64,000 nucleotides of DNA from Candidatus Eiseniibacteriota bacterium (GTDB lineage: Bacteria > Eisenbacteria > RBG-16-71-46 > CAVPCR01), in assembly GCA_963702435.1 (NCBI GenBank), contig CAVPCR010000003.1, forward strand, positions 32,001-96,000. The letters run 5' to 3'. This document shows positions 35,825 through 45,057 of the stretch, piece after piece; within the stretch, counting starts at the first letter, position 1; the number at the start of each line of letters is the position of its first letter. Under the pieces are notes generated by a model. That model made no database searches and was not told the DNA's origin. It worked only from the letters and a program-made list of their open reading frames with translations. The translations under genes and the position numbers were made by a program.

Positions 35825-35874
35825 CGTATCTCCTCGCGCCGCGCTCGGCGCCGGTGGTGCGCCGGCCGCGTGCG

Positions 35875-36672
35875 TCACGTTCGCCGGTGATCGTCGACGG
35901 CGAGGAGGAGGCGCCGGATCGCGCGCGCGCGGCCCGTGTTCTCGTCGACATCGAGAAGGGCGGCGGCGAGCCGCGCATCACCGGTCGCCGTCGCCAGGCG
36001 CCGCGGCGTCTGCTCGAGAAAGCGTCCGATCGCGATCTCCTTGACCACACCGATGACCGAGTCGTATGGCCCGGTCATGCCGACATCGGTCAGATAGGCG
36101 GTGCCGCCCGGCAGCACGCGCTCGTCCGCGGTCTGCACATGCGTGTGCGTACCGAGGACGGCGCTCACCCGCCCGTCGAGGTACCAGCCCATGGCGATCT
36201 TCTCCGAGGTGGCCTCGGCGTGGACGTCGACGACGATGATCGGGGTCTCCAGGCGAAGCTGGGCGACGAGCTCGTCGGCGGCCCGGAACGGGCAGTCGGT
36301 GGTCGGCATGAACACCCGGCCCATGAGCGAGAGCACGCCCACCTTGAGACCGCCGTCGGTCGTGAACACGCCGCAGCGGGCGCCCGGCACCGGGGCCGGG
36401 TAGTTGGCCGGACGGAGGATCCGCGGCTCGCGGTCGATGAAGTCGCGGATCTCTCTCTTGTCCCAGATGTGATTGCCGCCGGTCAGCACGTGTATGCCGA
36501 GGTCGAAGAGGTCGTCGGCGACCTCCCGCGTGAGTCCGAAGCCGCCCGCGGCGTTCTCGCCGTTGGCGATGACGAGATCGATGCGCTCGGCGGCGCGCAG
36601 GCGGCCGAGATGGGCGGCCACGGCGGTCCGGCCCGGGGTGCCGACCACATCACCGATGAAGAGGACTCTCAA
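35875..36672 (-). CDS. ymdB: YmdB/TIGR00282 metallophosphoesterase
   Basis: FIGDVVG, NGENAAGG, TGGNH, HAEATSEK, GTHTHV, TDVGMTG. Confidence 0.93.
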   Translation of the reverse strand: MRVLFIGDVVGTPGRTAVAAHLGRLRAAERIDLVIANGENAAGGFGLTREVADDLFDLGIHVLTGGNHIWDKREIRDFIDREPRILRPANYPAPVPGARCGVFTTDGGLKVGVLSLMGRVFMPTTDCPFRAADELVAQLRLETPIIVVDVHAEATSEKIAMGWYLDGRVSAVLGTHTHVQTADERVLPGGTAYLTDVGMTGPYDSVIGVVKEIAIGRFLEQTPRRLATATGDARLAAALLDVDENTGRARAIRRLLLAVDDHRRT

Positions 36673-36789
36673 GCATCCGCCCCCGGCCCGGCGCTCGCGC
36701 GGGCGAAAGTGGCACCGGCCGGCCACGCCAGAGGCGGGGCCGGCCGGGACTCGCGGCGGAGCGCGCGCGGGGCGCGCTCCGCAGGAAGA

Positions 36790-36974
36790 TTCCCCGCCAT
36801 TGTGCCGTTCGATCTGAGCGTTTTGAACCTGGATGACTCCAGGTGGGTACCCGCGGAGGGCGCTTCGCGACCCCACCTACTGGAGGTGGGTTCCGCATCC
36901 CCGCCCCGATGCAGGCTCCCCTTCGGATAGTGTTGGCTCAAAACACTGCGATCGTGACGAACACGACAGGGAAA
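36790..36974 (-). ncRNA. ssrS: 6S RNA
   Basis: Directly downstream of zapA; ends pair (ttccctgtcgtg / caatggcggggaa); contains ttgagcc...gggagcc...ggttcaa...gaacggc. Confidence 0.85.
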
Positions 36975-37021
36975 CCTTGTTGGTTCCAACCCTCCTCGAC
37001 GGCTCCAGGGTCCGCGCCGCG

Positions 37022-37327
37022 CTAGCTGTCGACCGGTTCGGCGTCCACCGCGGCGGCGAGGAGGAGCTCGATCTCGCGGGCCCGATCGACGACCGAGGCG
37101 GTCGCCGCGTCGACCTCCCGGCGCTCGCGTTCGAGCTCGTCGGCCATGTTGAGCAGGGCGAGCACGGCGACGCGGAGCGGGGAGTTGATGCGCTGCCGGT
37201 CGGCGATCTCGCGCATCCGCCGATCGACCTCGCTCGCCATGCGTCGCGCATAGGCGGGATCGTCAGGTCCCTTGATCCGGTACTCGCTCCCGAAGATGGT
37301 CACGGTCAGGGTCGAATCCTGGCTCAC
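37022..37327 (-). CDS. zapA: Cell division protein ZapA
   Basis: VTIFGSEYRI...VAVLALLNMADE. Confidence 0.92.
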   Translation of the reverse strand: MSQDSTLTVTIFGSEYRIKGPDDPAYARRMASEVDRRMREIADRQRINSPLRVAVLALLNMADELERERREVDAATASVVDRAREIELLLAAAVDAEPVDS

Positions 37328-37368
37328 GCTGGCTCCCTTTCCTCGAGCGCCGCCAGCGGCCGCCCGCG

Positions 37369-37641
37369 TCAGGCCATCTCACCCTCGAGCCACTGGAACT
37401 TGCCGAGGATCGTCTTCAGGCGATCGGCGATCGCATCGCGCTCGGTCGTCAACCGGTGCCACTCCGCCTCGATCCGGGCCGGCCGGGCGCCATCCACGGC
37501 CGCCGGGTGCGTCGCCGACTCGATCTGCCGGCGGAGTGCTGCATTTTCGCGCCGCAGATCGTCGATCACCCGGCTCGCTCTCTCGACCTCGCGCTCGAGG
37601 TCGTCGAGCGCCTTGAGCGCGCGTGCCTGCGAATGCTCCAT
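37369..37641 (-). CDS. ZapB-like coiled-coil protein
   Basis: 90-aa coiled coil directly upstream of zapA. Confidence 0.72.
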   Translation of the reverse strand: MEHSQARALKALDDLEREVERASRVIDDLRRENAALRRQIESATHPAAVDGARPARIEAEWHRLTTERDAIADRLKTILGKFQWLEGEMA

Positions 37642-37810
37642 CGGCCCACCTCGTGCGTGAACGAACCGCGGTGCTCACCACCATCATGCCGACGCAGTGC
37701 AGCGTAACAAAGGCGCGGAGAGCATGTCAAATGCGAGAGCCCGGCCGCGGGGCCGGGCTCAGGGTCATGGCTTGCAAACGGACGGCGGACGCACGCGCGC
37801 CGCGCGGCAC

Positions 37811-38161
37811 TCAGACGCCGCGCGCCGTCTCGGCCAGGCGGGCGAAGGCGCCCGCGTCGCGCACGGCGAGATCGGCCAGCATCTTGCGGTCGATCGCGAC
37901 CTCGGCGCGCTTGAGACCGGCCATCAGCGTCGAATAGGTCAGGCCGTTCAGGCGGGCCGCTGCATTGATGCGCACGATCCACAGCCGCCGCATCTCGCGC
38001 TTGCGCGCCCGGCGGTCGCGATACGCATAGCGCCCGGCGCGGAGCACCGCCTCGGCGGCGGACTGATACAGACGCGAGCGGCCGCCCACGTAGCCGCGCG
38101 ACTTGCGGAGGATCTTCTTGCGCCGGGATAGCCCGGGGACGACGGTTTTTGCTCTCGGCAT
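37811..38161 (-). CDS. rplT: 50S ribosomal protein L20
   Basis: [24 protein letters not shown]. Confidence 0.97.
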   Translation of the reverse strand: MPRAKTVVPGLSRRKKILRKSRGYVGGRSRLYQSAAEAVLRAGRYAYRDRRARKREMRRLWIVRINAAARLNGLTYSTLMAGLKRAEVAIDRKMLADLAVRDAGAFARLAETARGV

Positions 38162-38252
38162 CGGTCAGTTCCTTCGTACGCGCCGTTCGCCGCCGCGCGG
38201 CGTCTTCCGCTCCGCTCTCCGCGTGCGGTCCGGCGCGTTCCCTCAGGTGCTC

Positions 38253-38450
38253 CTAGCCCTGGCCCAGGAGGCGGAGCGCCCGCTTCTCCTCGCTCGGGTG
38301 GAGGATCACGTTCTGGCGCAGCCCCCGCTTCCGCTTGCGGCTCTTCGAATCGAGCAGGTGCCCGGCATAGGGGCGCCCGCGCTTGACGTGGCCGGCCCCG
38401 GTCACGCGGTAGCGCTTGGCGGCCGATCGGTTGCTCTTGATCTTCGGCAT
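38253..38450 (-). CDS. rpmI: 50S ribosomal protein L35
   Basis: MPKIKSNRSAAKRY. Confidence 0.95.
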   Translation of the reverse strand: MPKIKSNRSAAKRYRVTGAGHVKRGRPYAGHLLDSKSRKRKRGLRQNVILHPSEEKRALRLLGQG

Positions 38451-38687
38451 CTTGACCTCGACAGGCGATCTCCGGACCCGCGTCGGTCTCGGGCCCACGA
38501 AAAACCGGAAGCAAGAAGCGTAGGCGATCCCGGGCTCGGGCTCAAGCCCTTTCCAAGGCCCGGCAGGGCGTCCACCCCGGACCGCCCGCGGGCCGCACCG
38601 CACGAAAGGCCCCAGGCCGCCCGCCGTCTCGCGGTCGAGGCCCGCCCTGCCCGGTCGGCCGAGCCACGGTCGCGCGCTCCCGGCGAC

Positions 38688-39392
38688 CTAGGCCCCGGCG
38701 TCGGTCTCCGCACCCTCCGTGGCATCGGGGGCCATGTCAGCCGCGTCAGGGGCCCGTTGGGTTGTCTCAGCGGCCTCCAGGACACCGGCGGCTGCGATTT
38801 CCGCTCCCTCTTCCGCCGTCCGCGGGCGCGGCTTGGGCACGATCTTGGCCGGCCGCGGCGCCACGACGGTGGACAGGTTCCGTCCCTCGAGCTTCGGCAG
38901 GTGCTCGACCACGCCCATGTCCGTGATCTCGGAGATGACCCGGTCCATGACCCGCTGGCCGAGCTCGGGATGGGCCATCTCGCGCCCCCGGAACATGATC
39001 GTGAGCTTGACCTTGTGGTGCTGCCCGAGGAACTTGCGGGTGGAGGCGAGCTTCACCTCGTAGTCGTGATCATCGATCTTCGGGCGGAGCTTCACTTCCT
39101 TGACGAGGAAGCTGTGTTGCTTCTTCTTGGCCGCACGCTGCTTCTTGGCTTCCTCATACTTGAACTTGCCGAAGTCCATCACCCGGCACACGGGCGGACG
39201 TGAAGTCGGCGAGACCTCGACCAGGTCGAGGCCCTTCTCCCGCGCGAGCGCCAGCGCATCGCGCGTGTCCATGATGCCGATCTGCTGGCCTTCGGCGTCG
39301 ATCACCCGCACCTGGGGAACGCGGATCCGTTCGTTGGCGCGGGTTCGCTTGTCAGACGGGCCGCCGCCGCGGCCGAAAGGCCCTGTACTCAC
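38688..39392 (-). CDS. infC: Translation initiation factor IF-3
   Basis: NERIRVPQVRVI, LDLVEV, MDFGKFKY, FRGRE; start position uncertain. Confidence 0.96.
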   Translation of the reverse strand: MSTGPFGRGGGPSDKRTRANERIRVPQVRVIDAEGQQIGIMDTRDALALAREKGLDLVEVSPTSRPPVCRVMDFGKFKYEEAKKQRAAKKKQHSFLVKEVKLRPKIDDHDYEVKLASTRKFLGQHHKVKLTIMFRGREMAHPELGQRVMDRVISEITDMGVVEHLPKLEGRNLSTVVAPRPAKIVPKPRPRTAEEGAEIAAAGVLEAAETTQRAPDAADMAPDATEGAETDAGA

Positions 39393-39521
39393 TGGGCGAG
39401 CCCCCGCCCCAGGGGCGATGTGCTAAGCGGCAAACGCTCTCTCCCTCGAAAGTGACGCCTGTAGGGAAGTGAGGATGGAGCACCCCGGGAGCGGGCTCCC
39501 TCCTCGCGATCAGCGCCAGGT

Positions 39522-39598
39522 TGGTGGGCGATAGTGGACTTGAACCACTGACCTCCTGCATGTCAAGCAGGCACTCTAACCAGCTGAGCTAATCGCCC
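39522..39598 (-). tRNA. tRNA-Val (GAC)
   Basis: gggcgattagctcagctgg...ttGACat...ggttcaagtcc...cgcccacca. Confidence 0.96.
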
Positions 39599-39656
39599 AC
39601 GCTAAACCAAGCTCTAAAGCGAGGCTAGCACAGGACCTCGGGAAGTCAAGAGGTGG

Positions 39657-39696
39657 CCGCTGCAGCCGGGGCCGCGCGCGGCCCCGGCTGCAGCGG
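39657..39696. repeat. Perfect 40-bp palindrome (possible terminator)
   Basis: ccgctgcagccggggccgcg|cgcggccccggctgcagcgg. Confidence 0.8.
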
Positions 39697-39714
39697 AGAG
39701 CCACTCCCCCCTGT

Positions 39715-42700
39715 TCACTTCATGAGGATGAGCTTCTGCGTGCTCGACCAGTCGCCCACCGTGAGCCGCGCGAAGTAGATCCCCGAGCTCGCCGGGCTGC
39801 CGCTCCCGCCCTTGCCGTCCCAGGTCACCGTGTGGCGCCCGGCCGGGTAGGTGCCGGCCGTCAGCTCGCGCACTGCGCGCCCGGCGAGGTCGAAGACCAC
39901 GAGCCGGACCGCCGTGCGCTCCGGCAGGTCGAAGGTGAGCGCGGTGGACGGGTTGAACGGGTTCGGCACGTTGGGATGGAGAGCGAGGATGGCCGGCGTC
40001 GCCAGCGCCACCCCGGTGATCGGGCCGAAGAACTCCGACTCCCCGGTTCGCGACACGGCCTCGAGCCGGTAGCGATACGTGCTACCGGGGACCGCGGTGC
40101 GATCGGCGAAGCTGTACGGGCTCTCCCCCATGAGCGGTTCGGGTCCGGTCAGCCGCTCGTACTCACCGACCTCCCTCGCCCGCCAGATGTGGTAGCCGAG
40201 GTGGTCCATCTCGCGGCGCGTCGTCCACGAGAGGACGATCGCCCCCACGTCGCCCCGCGCCGTGAACTCGGCGAGCTCGACGGCGGCCGGCACGTCCGTG
40301 GTGCGGAAGCGATACCAGCCCGGGCCGTTGAGGACCGAGCTCTGCCCGTCGGTGGCACGCACGCGCCACACGTAGCTCGTGGCGTGGGCGAGCGGTACCG
40401 GCCAGGTGAGCGTGGTGTCGGCCAGCGCGACCAGCGAGTCGCTTGCCGCCATGGTCGAGTCGGTGCCGACGTAGACCACGTAGGCGATCCCGACCGGACC
40501 CGCCGCGCGCCACGCGAACGTGGGTTGATAGACGACTCCGGTGTCGGCGTGCGCCGGGGCGAGGAGCTGGAACGGACTCGGCGCCGAAGCGACGGAGAGG
40601 GTGAGCGTGAAGTCGTCCACCGAGTTCTGCTCCTGCCCGCGGAGCGCCACGCCGGCGTAGCGCGTGGCGACGTTCCCCTGGCGCTTGATCGGGTCGGTCA
40701 GGCGCGAGTGGAAGTCGTCGCCGACGTACACATCGAAGTGATGTCCGGTCGGGTCCGAGGACAGGAGGACCTTCCACGTATCGCCTGATCCCGGCGGGTT
40801 GGTGAGACCGCTCGCGGTCGTGACGAGTCCCACGTTCGCTCCGCTGCGGATCTCGGCGAGCGTGCTCATGTTCTGGAACGGATCGATGCGGACCCAGTAG
40901 CCGCTCGCGCTCCCGCCGGCGGCATCCAGCATCAGGGCCAGACCGCCGCGCAGGATGCCGTCGGGGCTGACGCCGGGACCCCAGCGGAAGCCGGCGGCAT
41001 TCGGGTTGGTGCGCGGCGTGTACACCACGAGGTCGAAGCTGGTCGTCGGCGAGATGTTGCGGAGCTCGTTCCCGACGATCTGCATGTTGCCCAGGTCCCC
41101 CAGCCAGGCGGGGCCGAGGGTCGCCCGGTTGAAGTTGTCGGTCGCCACCACGACCGGTGCGGTGGCGAAGGTCCAGGTCTGGCTCGAGGTCGCGAGTCCC
41201 CCGCTCGGATCCGCGGCCTGCACCCGCCAGTGGTAGGCCGTGTTCGAGGCGAGCGGCGTGCGGATCAGGGCCGAGGTCCCGAGCGTCGGCGGCAGGATCA
41301 ATGGGCTTCCGAAGTACGGATCGGTGTCGTAGGACACTCTGTAGGTCACCTGGTCGCCGGGGTTCGGATCGTTCGCCGGCTCCCAGCGCAGTTCCGGCGC
41401 GAGCGAGTAGACGATGCTCTGATCCGTCGGAGTGATGAGGTTGAACGGCTCCGGCGGCAGGTTCAGGTTCTGGCCGAGGACCACGAACTCCTCGACGTTG
41501 TTCGCGGAGTCCTCCCCGAGGAGGAGTCCGGCGTAGGTCACGGCCGCGGTGCCCTGGCGGCGGTTCGGATCGGTGAGACGCGCGTCGAAGCGATCGTTGA
41601 TGTAGCACTCGAAGCGGTGGGCGGCGGCCTCGCGCACGAATACGACCCGCACGACGTCGCCCGGCTGCGGAATCGGATTCGCCCCGGGTACGTCGATCCC
41701 GAGGGAGGATCCGAGCTCGCCGTTGATGACCTCCCACACCGACCAGCGCTGCGCGCCGCCCGTGTTGCGGAACACGAAGTAGCCGCTCGCGGTGGCGGAC
41801 GGGGCGTCGAGGCCGAGGAGGCAGCCGCCGAAGCCGATGCCCTGGGTCGTGGCCATCTCGCTCCATCGCCACTCGACGGTGACCGGGCTCTCGACGCGCG
41901 TGTACACGGCGAGGTCGGAGAAGCCGGTGGCCTGGCCGTCGAGCTCGCCGTTCACGAGCGCGTAGCTCGGGTCGGCGACCCAGTCGCCGCCGAGCGCCGT
42001 CCGCTCGAAGTCATCCAGGACCTGCTGCAGGTTCCCGGTCGAGAGCGTCCACGGAGACGAGTAGGTGGAGGCACCCACCGGGTCCTGGGCTCGCACGCGC
42101 CAGTAGTAGGTGGTGTTCGCGGCGAGCGGCACGCCGGTCGAGTAGCTGTTCACGGCCAGGTTGTCGACGCGCCGCGTCGTTCCCGGCGGGAAGTCCGCAT
42201 CCGGCGACAGGAACACGTCGTAGGTCACCTGCTCGCCGTTGGGGTCGGTGGTCGACTGCCAGCCGAGGCGCGGATTCAGGTTCGGGAGCACGGCAGCGTT
42301 GGCCGGCGTCAGCAGATTGAACGCGAGCGGGGCCGCGTTGGTCGACACCGCTTCCACCCGCCAGTCGGCCACGTTGTTGTTCGTGCCGCCTGCGCAGACC
42401 ACCCCCGCCCAGAAGTCGCCGTTGCCGCGGCGGCGGAGCGGATCGACGAGCACGCCGTCGAGGACGCCGTTCACGTACACGGCGAAGCGGTGGCCCTCGG
42501 CGTCCGAGGAGACGGCGACCTTGACGCGGTCGCCGGCCCCGGGCGCAGGGCGCATCGACGGCTCCGTGTCGACGAGCGTCGCCGGCGCTCCATCGACGAT
42601 CTCGCGCAGCACGAGCTGCTGGTCACCGGCCGTGTTGCGATACACGAGGTAGCCGTCGGCGGTCGCCGGATCGGTGCCCTCGAGGCGGCAGGCGATACCT

Positions 42701-44031
42701 GCCTGATTGATGCCGGCGGCGTCGGCGCCCGCGCCCCAGGTGATCTCGGCGGTGGCCGGACTGGTGACGGCGGTGAAGACGGCGGCGCCGAACCCCGCGC
42801 TCGCCTTCTCGAGCTCGGTGCCGTTCACGATGTAGTCGAGCGCCGACCAGTCGGGCCCCGGCACCGGCATGGTCCGGGTGAACGAGTCGGCGAATACGTT
42901 GTCGCTTCCGGTCGTGGCCACCGAGACCTGATTCGACATTGCGGACAGGTTGGGCACCTCGTCCGTGAGCTTCATGGCGAAGTAGTGGACAGTGGCGGGC
43001 GCGAGCCCCTCGACGCGGGTCCCGCTCACCTCCCCGCCCCCGCCGACGAACCGGTAGTCGCCGCCCTGGCCCGCCGTCTTGAAGCTCGTCGTCGTGATCG
43101 GGGCCGTCGCGAAGCGGCTGTCGGCGTAGCGCGGATCGCCGGCGCTCCCGTCATCGCCGGTGTTGGTCCAGATGAGGAGCACGCTCCGCCCGCTGACGGT
43201 GCCGATGGCCAGATCCTGGACCGCGGCGGGTGGCACGACGTCGTTCATCGCCTCGCGCACCGCTTCGTGGTAGACGGCCTCCATCACATCGTAGCCGGCA
43301 TCGTTCGGATGGAGCTGGTCGAACATCCATTCGCTGCCGGCGCCCGGGTTCTCCACGAAGCGGAGGTAGTGGTCGGCCAGGTACACGGGCTCGACGCTGC
43401 CGGTGACCGCCCCGTTCCGGTAGTCGAGCACGGCGCGGACCACCTCGCGGTTGAAGACCTCGACGTCGTCCTCGCGGTCCGGGATGGGGATGATGCGGCT
43501 GACGACGACACGGCGGCCGGCGGCGAGGATGTAGTTGACGAGTGCGCCGAGGCGCCCGCTCGCGTTCGCGTTCGGGGTGGCGTGGTTCGCTGACCAGGGG
43601 CCGAACGGGCCGGGCTGAAGGTAGATGTCGTTGGTGCCGAGGTGTACCGCGACGAGCTCCGGGGAGTAGCTCGTGATCGTCGGGGAGATGTCGCGGGCCC
43701 CGCCCGCCAGGAAATCGCCGATCCGGGCGCTGCTGTAGAAATCCCCCTCGTCGGGCGGCGCGCCGGTGGGGCCGACGAAATCGTAGGTCCCGATCCCGTT
43801 GAGCGAGGAGTAGAGGAGGTGGCGGAAGCCGAGTCCGCTCGTCGAGCCCACGCCCTCCGTGATCGAATCCCCGGTCGGCATGAAGTTCTCGGCGCGGCTC
43901 CGGTCGCTCGTGCCGAGCAGGGCGCCGGTGGCGATGAGGATCGCAGCGAGACGAAACGAGCGGCGAGCGAGAACCCGATTGTGGGCGGGAGCGCGCCCCT
44001 GCGCCTCCCGGCCCTGGTGTGCCCCGTTCAC
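39715..44031 (-). CDS. Large secreted SGNH/GDSL hydrolase with FN3 and repeated beta-sandwich modules and a C-terminal FlgD-Ig-like tail
   Basis: GDSITEG, HLGTND, DQLHPN; three D.F.R...G.W modules; PNPFNP...WDG...SGIYF tail. Confidence 0.88.
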   Translation of the reverse strand: MNGAHQGREAQGRAPAHNRVLARRSFRLAAILIATGALLGTSDRSRAENFMPTGDSITEGVGSTSGLGFRHLLYSSLNGIGTYDFVGPTGAPPDEGDFYSSARIGDFLAGGARDISPTITSYSPELVAVHLGTNDIYLQPGPFGPWSANHATPNANASGRLGALVNYILAAGRRVVVSRIIPIPDREDDVEVFNREVVRAVLDYRNGAVTGSVEPVYLADHYLRFVENPGAGSEWMFDQLHPNDAGYDVMEAVYHEAVREAMNDVVPPAAVQDLAIGTVSGRSVLLIWTNTGDDGSAGDPRYADSRFATAPITTTSFKTAGQGGDYRFVGGGGEVSGTRVEGLAPATVHYFAMKLTDEVPNLSAMSNQVSVATTGSDNVFADSFTRTMPVPGPDWSALDYIVNGTELEKASAGFGAAVFTAVTSPATAEITWGAGADAAGINQAGIACRLEGTDPATADGYLVYRNTAGDQQLVLREIVDGAPATLVDTEPSMRPAPGAGDRVKVAVSSDAEGHRFAVYVNGVLDGVLVDPLRRRGNGDFWAGVVCAGGTNNNVADWRVEAVSTNAAPLAFNLLTPANAAVLPNLNPRLGWQSTTDPNGEQVTYDVFLSPDADFPPGTTRRVDNLAVNSYSTGVPLAANTTYYWRVRAQDPVGASTYSSPWTLSTGNLQQVLDDFERTALGGDWVADPSYALVNGELDGQATGFSDLAVYTRVESPVTVEWRWSEMATTQGIGFGGCLLGLDAPSATASGYFVFRNTGGAQRWSVWEVINGELGSSLGIDVPGANPIPQPGDVVRVVFVREAAAHRFECYINDRFDARLTDPNRRQGTAAVTYAGLLLGEDSANNVEEFVVLGQNLNLPPEPFNLITPTDQSIVYSLAPELRWEPANDPNPGDQVTYRVSYDTDPYFGSPLILPPTLGTSALIRTPLASNTAYHWRVQAADPSGGLATSSQTWTFATAPVVVATDNFNRATLGPAWLGDLGNMQIVGNELRNISPTTSFDLVVYTPRTNPNAAGFRWGPGVSPDGILRGGLALMLDAAGGSASGYWVRIDPFQNMSTLAEIRSGANVGLVTTASGLTNPPGSGDTWKVLLSSDPTGHHFDVYVGDDFHSRLTDPIKRQGNVATRYAGVALRGQEQNSVDDFTLTLSVASAPSPFQLLAPAHADTGVVYQPTFAWRAAGPVGIAYVVYVGTDSTMAASDSLVALADTTLTWPVPLAHATSYVWRVRATDGQSSVLNGPGWYRFRTTDVPAAVELAEFTARGDVGAIVLSWTTRREMDHLGYHIWRAREVGEYERLTGPEPLMGESPYSFADRTAVPGSTYRYRLEAVSRTGESEFFGPITGVALATPAILALHPNVPNPFNPSTALTFDLPERTAVRLVVFDLAGRAVRELTAGTYPAGRHTVTWDGKGGSGSPASSGIYFARLTVGDWSSTQKLILMK

Positions 44032-44288
44032 TTTTGACTCCCTGGCGCCGGTCCGGCGGCGCCGTGAAATGCGTGGTGGAATCCGCTGGCGACGCGATCC
44101 GAGCGCGCCCGGCGTGAACGCCGCACAGGAGCGCGGGGCACACGGGAGCGCTCCTGACCCGATCGGATACAACGTGGCGCCGGGCATGTTATCGGACGCT
44201 CCCGGATCTACGTTGGGGAAATTTCCGCCGAGCGATCGGGGTCCTCGAGGGGAGCGCCGCCGGCCGGCTTGACTGGGTCACGGCGCGG

Positions 44289-45035
44289 ATGCTAGATGTG
44301 ATGCCAGGATTCGACTTGGACATGAAGACCACTGCTGACATCCACGATGCGTCCGCCACGGCGGCCGCCGGGGGACCGGCGCTCGAGTCGCCCGCTTCGG
44401 CCGCGGCGGCCGCGGCGGCCGCTCTCCCGGGGCCGGCCGTCGATCGACGCGCCCCGGGCTACCGCGTGGCTCGGGTCGTCTCCGACCTCTTGAGCCCGCC
44501 CGCAGTCGCTCTCGCGGTCTTCTGGGTCCTGTCGGGAGTGAGCGCCGGTCATGTCCGCTGGCCGGTCTTCCTCGCCTGCGTCGTGACGCAGAGTTTCTTC
44601 CCGCTCGTCTTCCTCGGCTTAGCCGTCCGCCGCGGGCACATCGGGGATGTCAACATGAGCCGCCGCGAGGAGCGGCGCCGCGGAATGGCCACCCTCGGCA
44701 TCGTCTACGCGCTCGGGGTCGTCATCGTGGCGCTCGCCGGGGTGCGCGGGCCGCTCCTCTTCGTCTGCATCTGCTCGCTCGCCGTCCTCGGCACGCTGTG
44801 GGCCGTGAACCTCGTCTACAAGGCCTCGGGCCATGCCGCCGGATGCGCCGCCTACATGACGGCGATCTCCCTCTTCGTCGAGCCGGTGCATCCCGGGCTC
44901 GCGCTCCTCCCGCTCGTCGGGTGGGCGCGCGTGCGCATCAAGGCGCACTCGGTGATGCAGGTGATCCTCGGCGCCATCCTCGGCGCCGGGGTCGCGCTCG
45001 GCTTCTATCAGCTGGTTCGCCCCTACCTCTTCTAG
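44289..45035 (+). CDS. PAP2-like membrane protein
   Basis: KASGH and WARVRIKAHS..QV..G. Confidence 0.8.
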   Translation: MLDVMPGFDLDMKTTADIHDASATAAAGGPALESPASAAAAAAAALPGPAVDRRAPGYRVARVVSDLLSPPAVALAVFWVLSGVSAGHVRWPVFLACVVTQSFFPLVFLGLAVRRGHIGDVNMSRREERRRGMATLGIVYALGVVIVALAGVRGPLLFVCICSLAVLGTLWAVNLVYKASGHAAGCAAYMTAISLFVEPVHPGLALLPLVGWARVRIKAHSVMQVILGAILGAGVALGFYQLVRPYLF

Positions 45036-45057
45036 TCCTAGTGCCGGCGATTCGCGA

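Noticed and set aside
39392..39425. Non-canonical ATC start for infC
   Set aside because: An in-frame ATC exists but has no well-spaced RBS; cannot choose it over the GTG
41230..43593. Long antisense ORFs (also 34820-35890, 17247-18944, 61038-62348)
   Set aside because: Shadow frames of high-GC genes with no recognisable motifs
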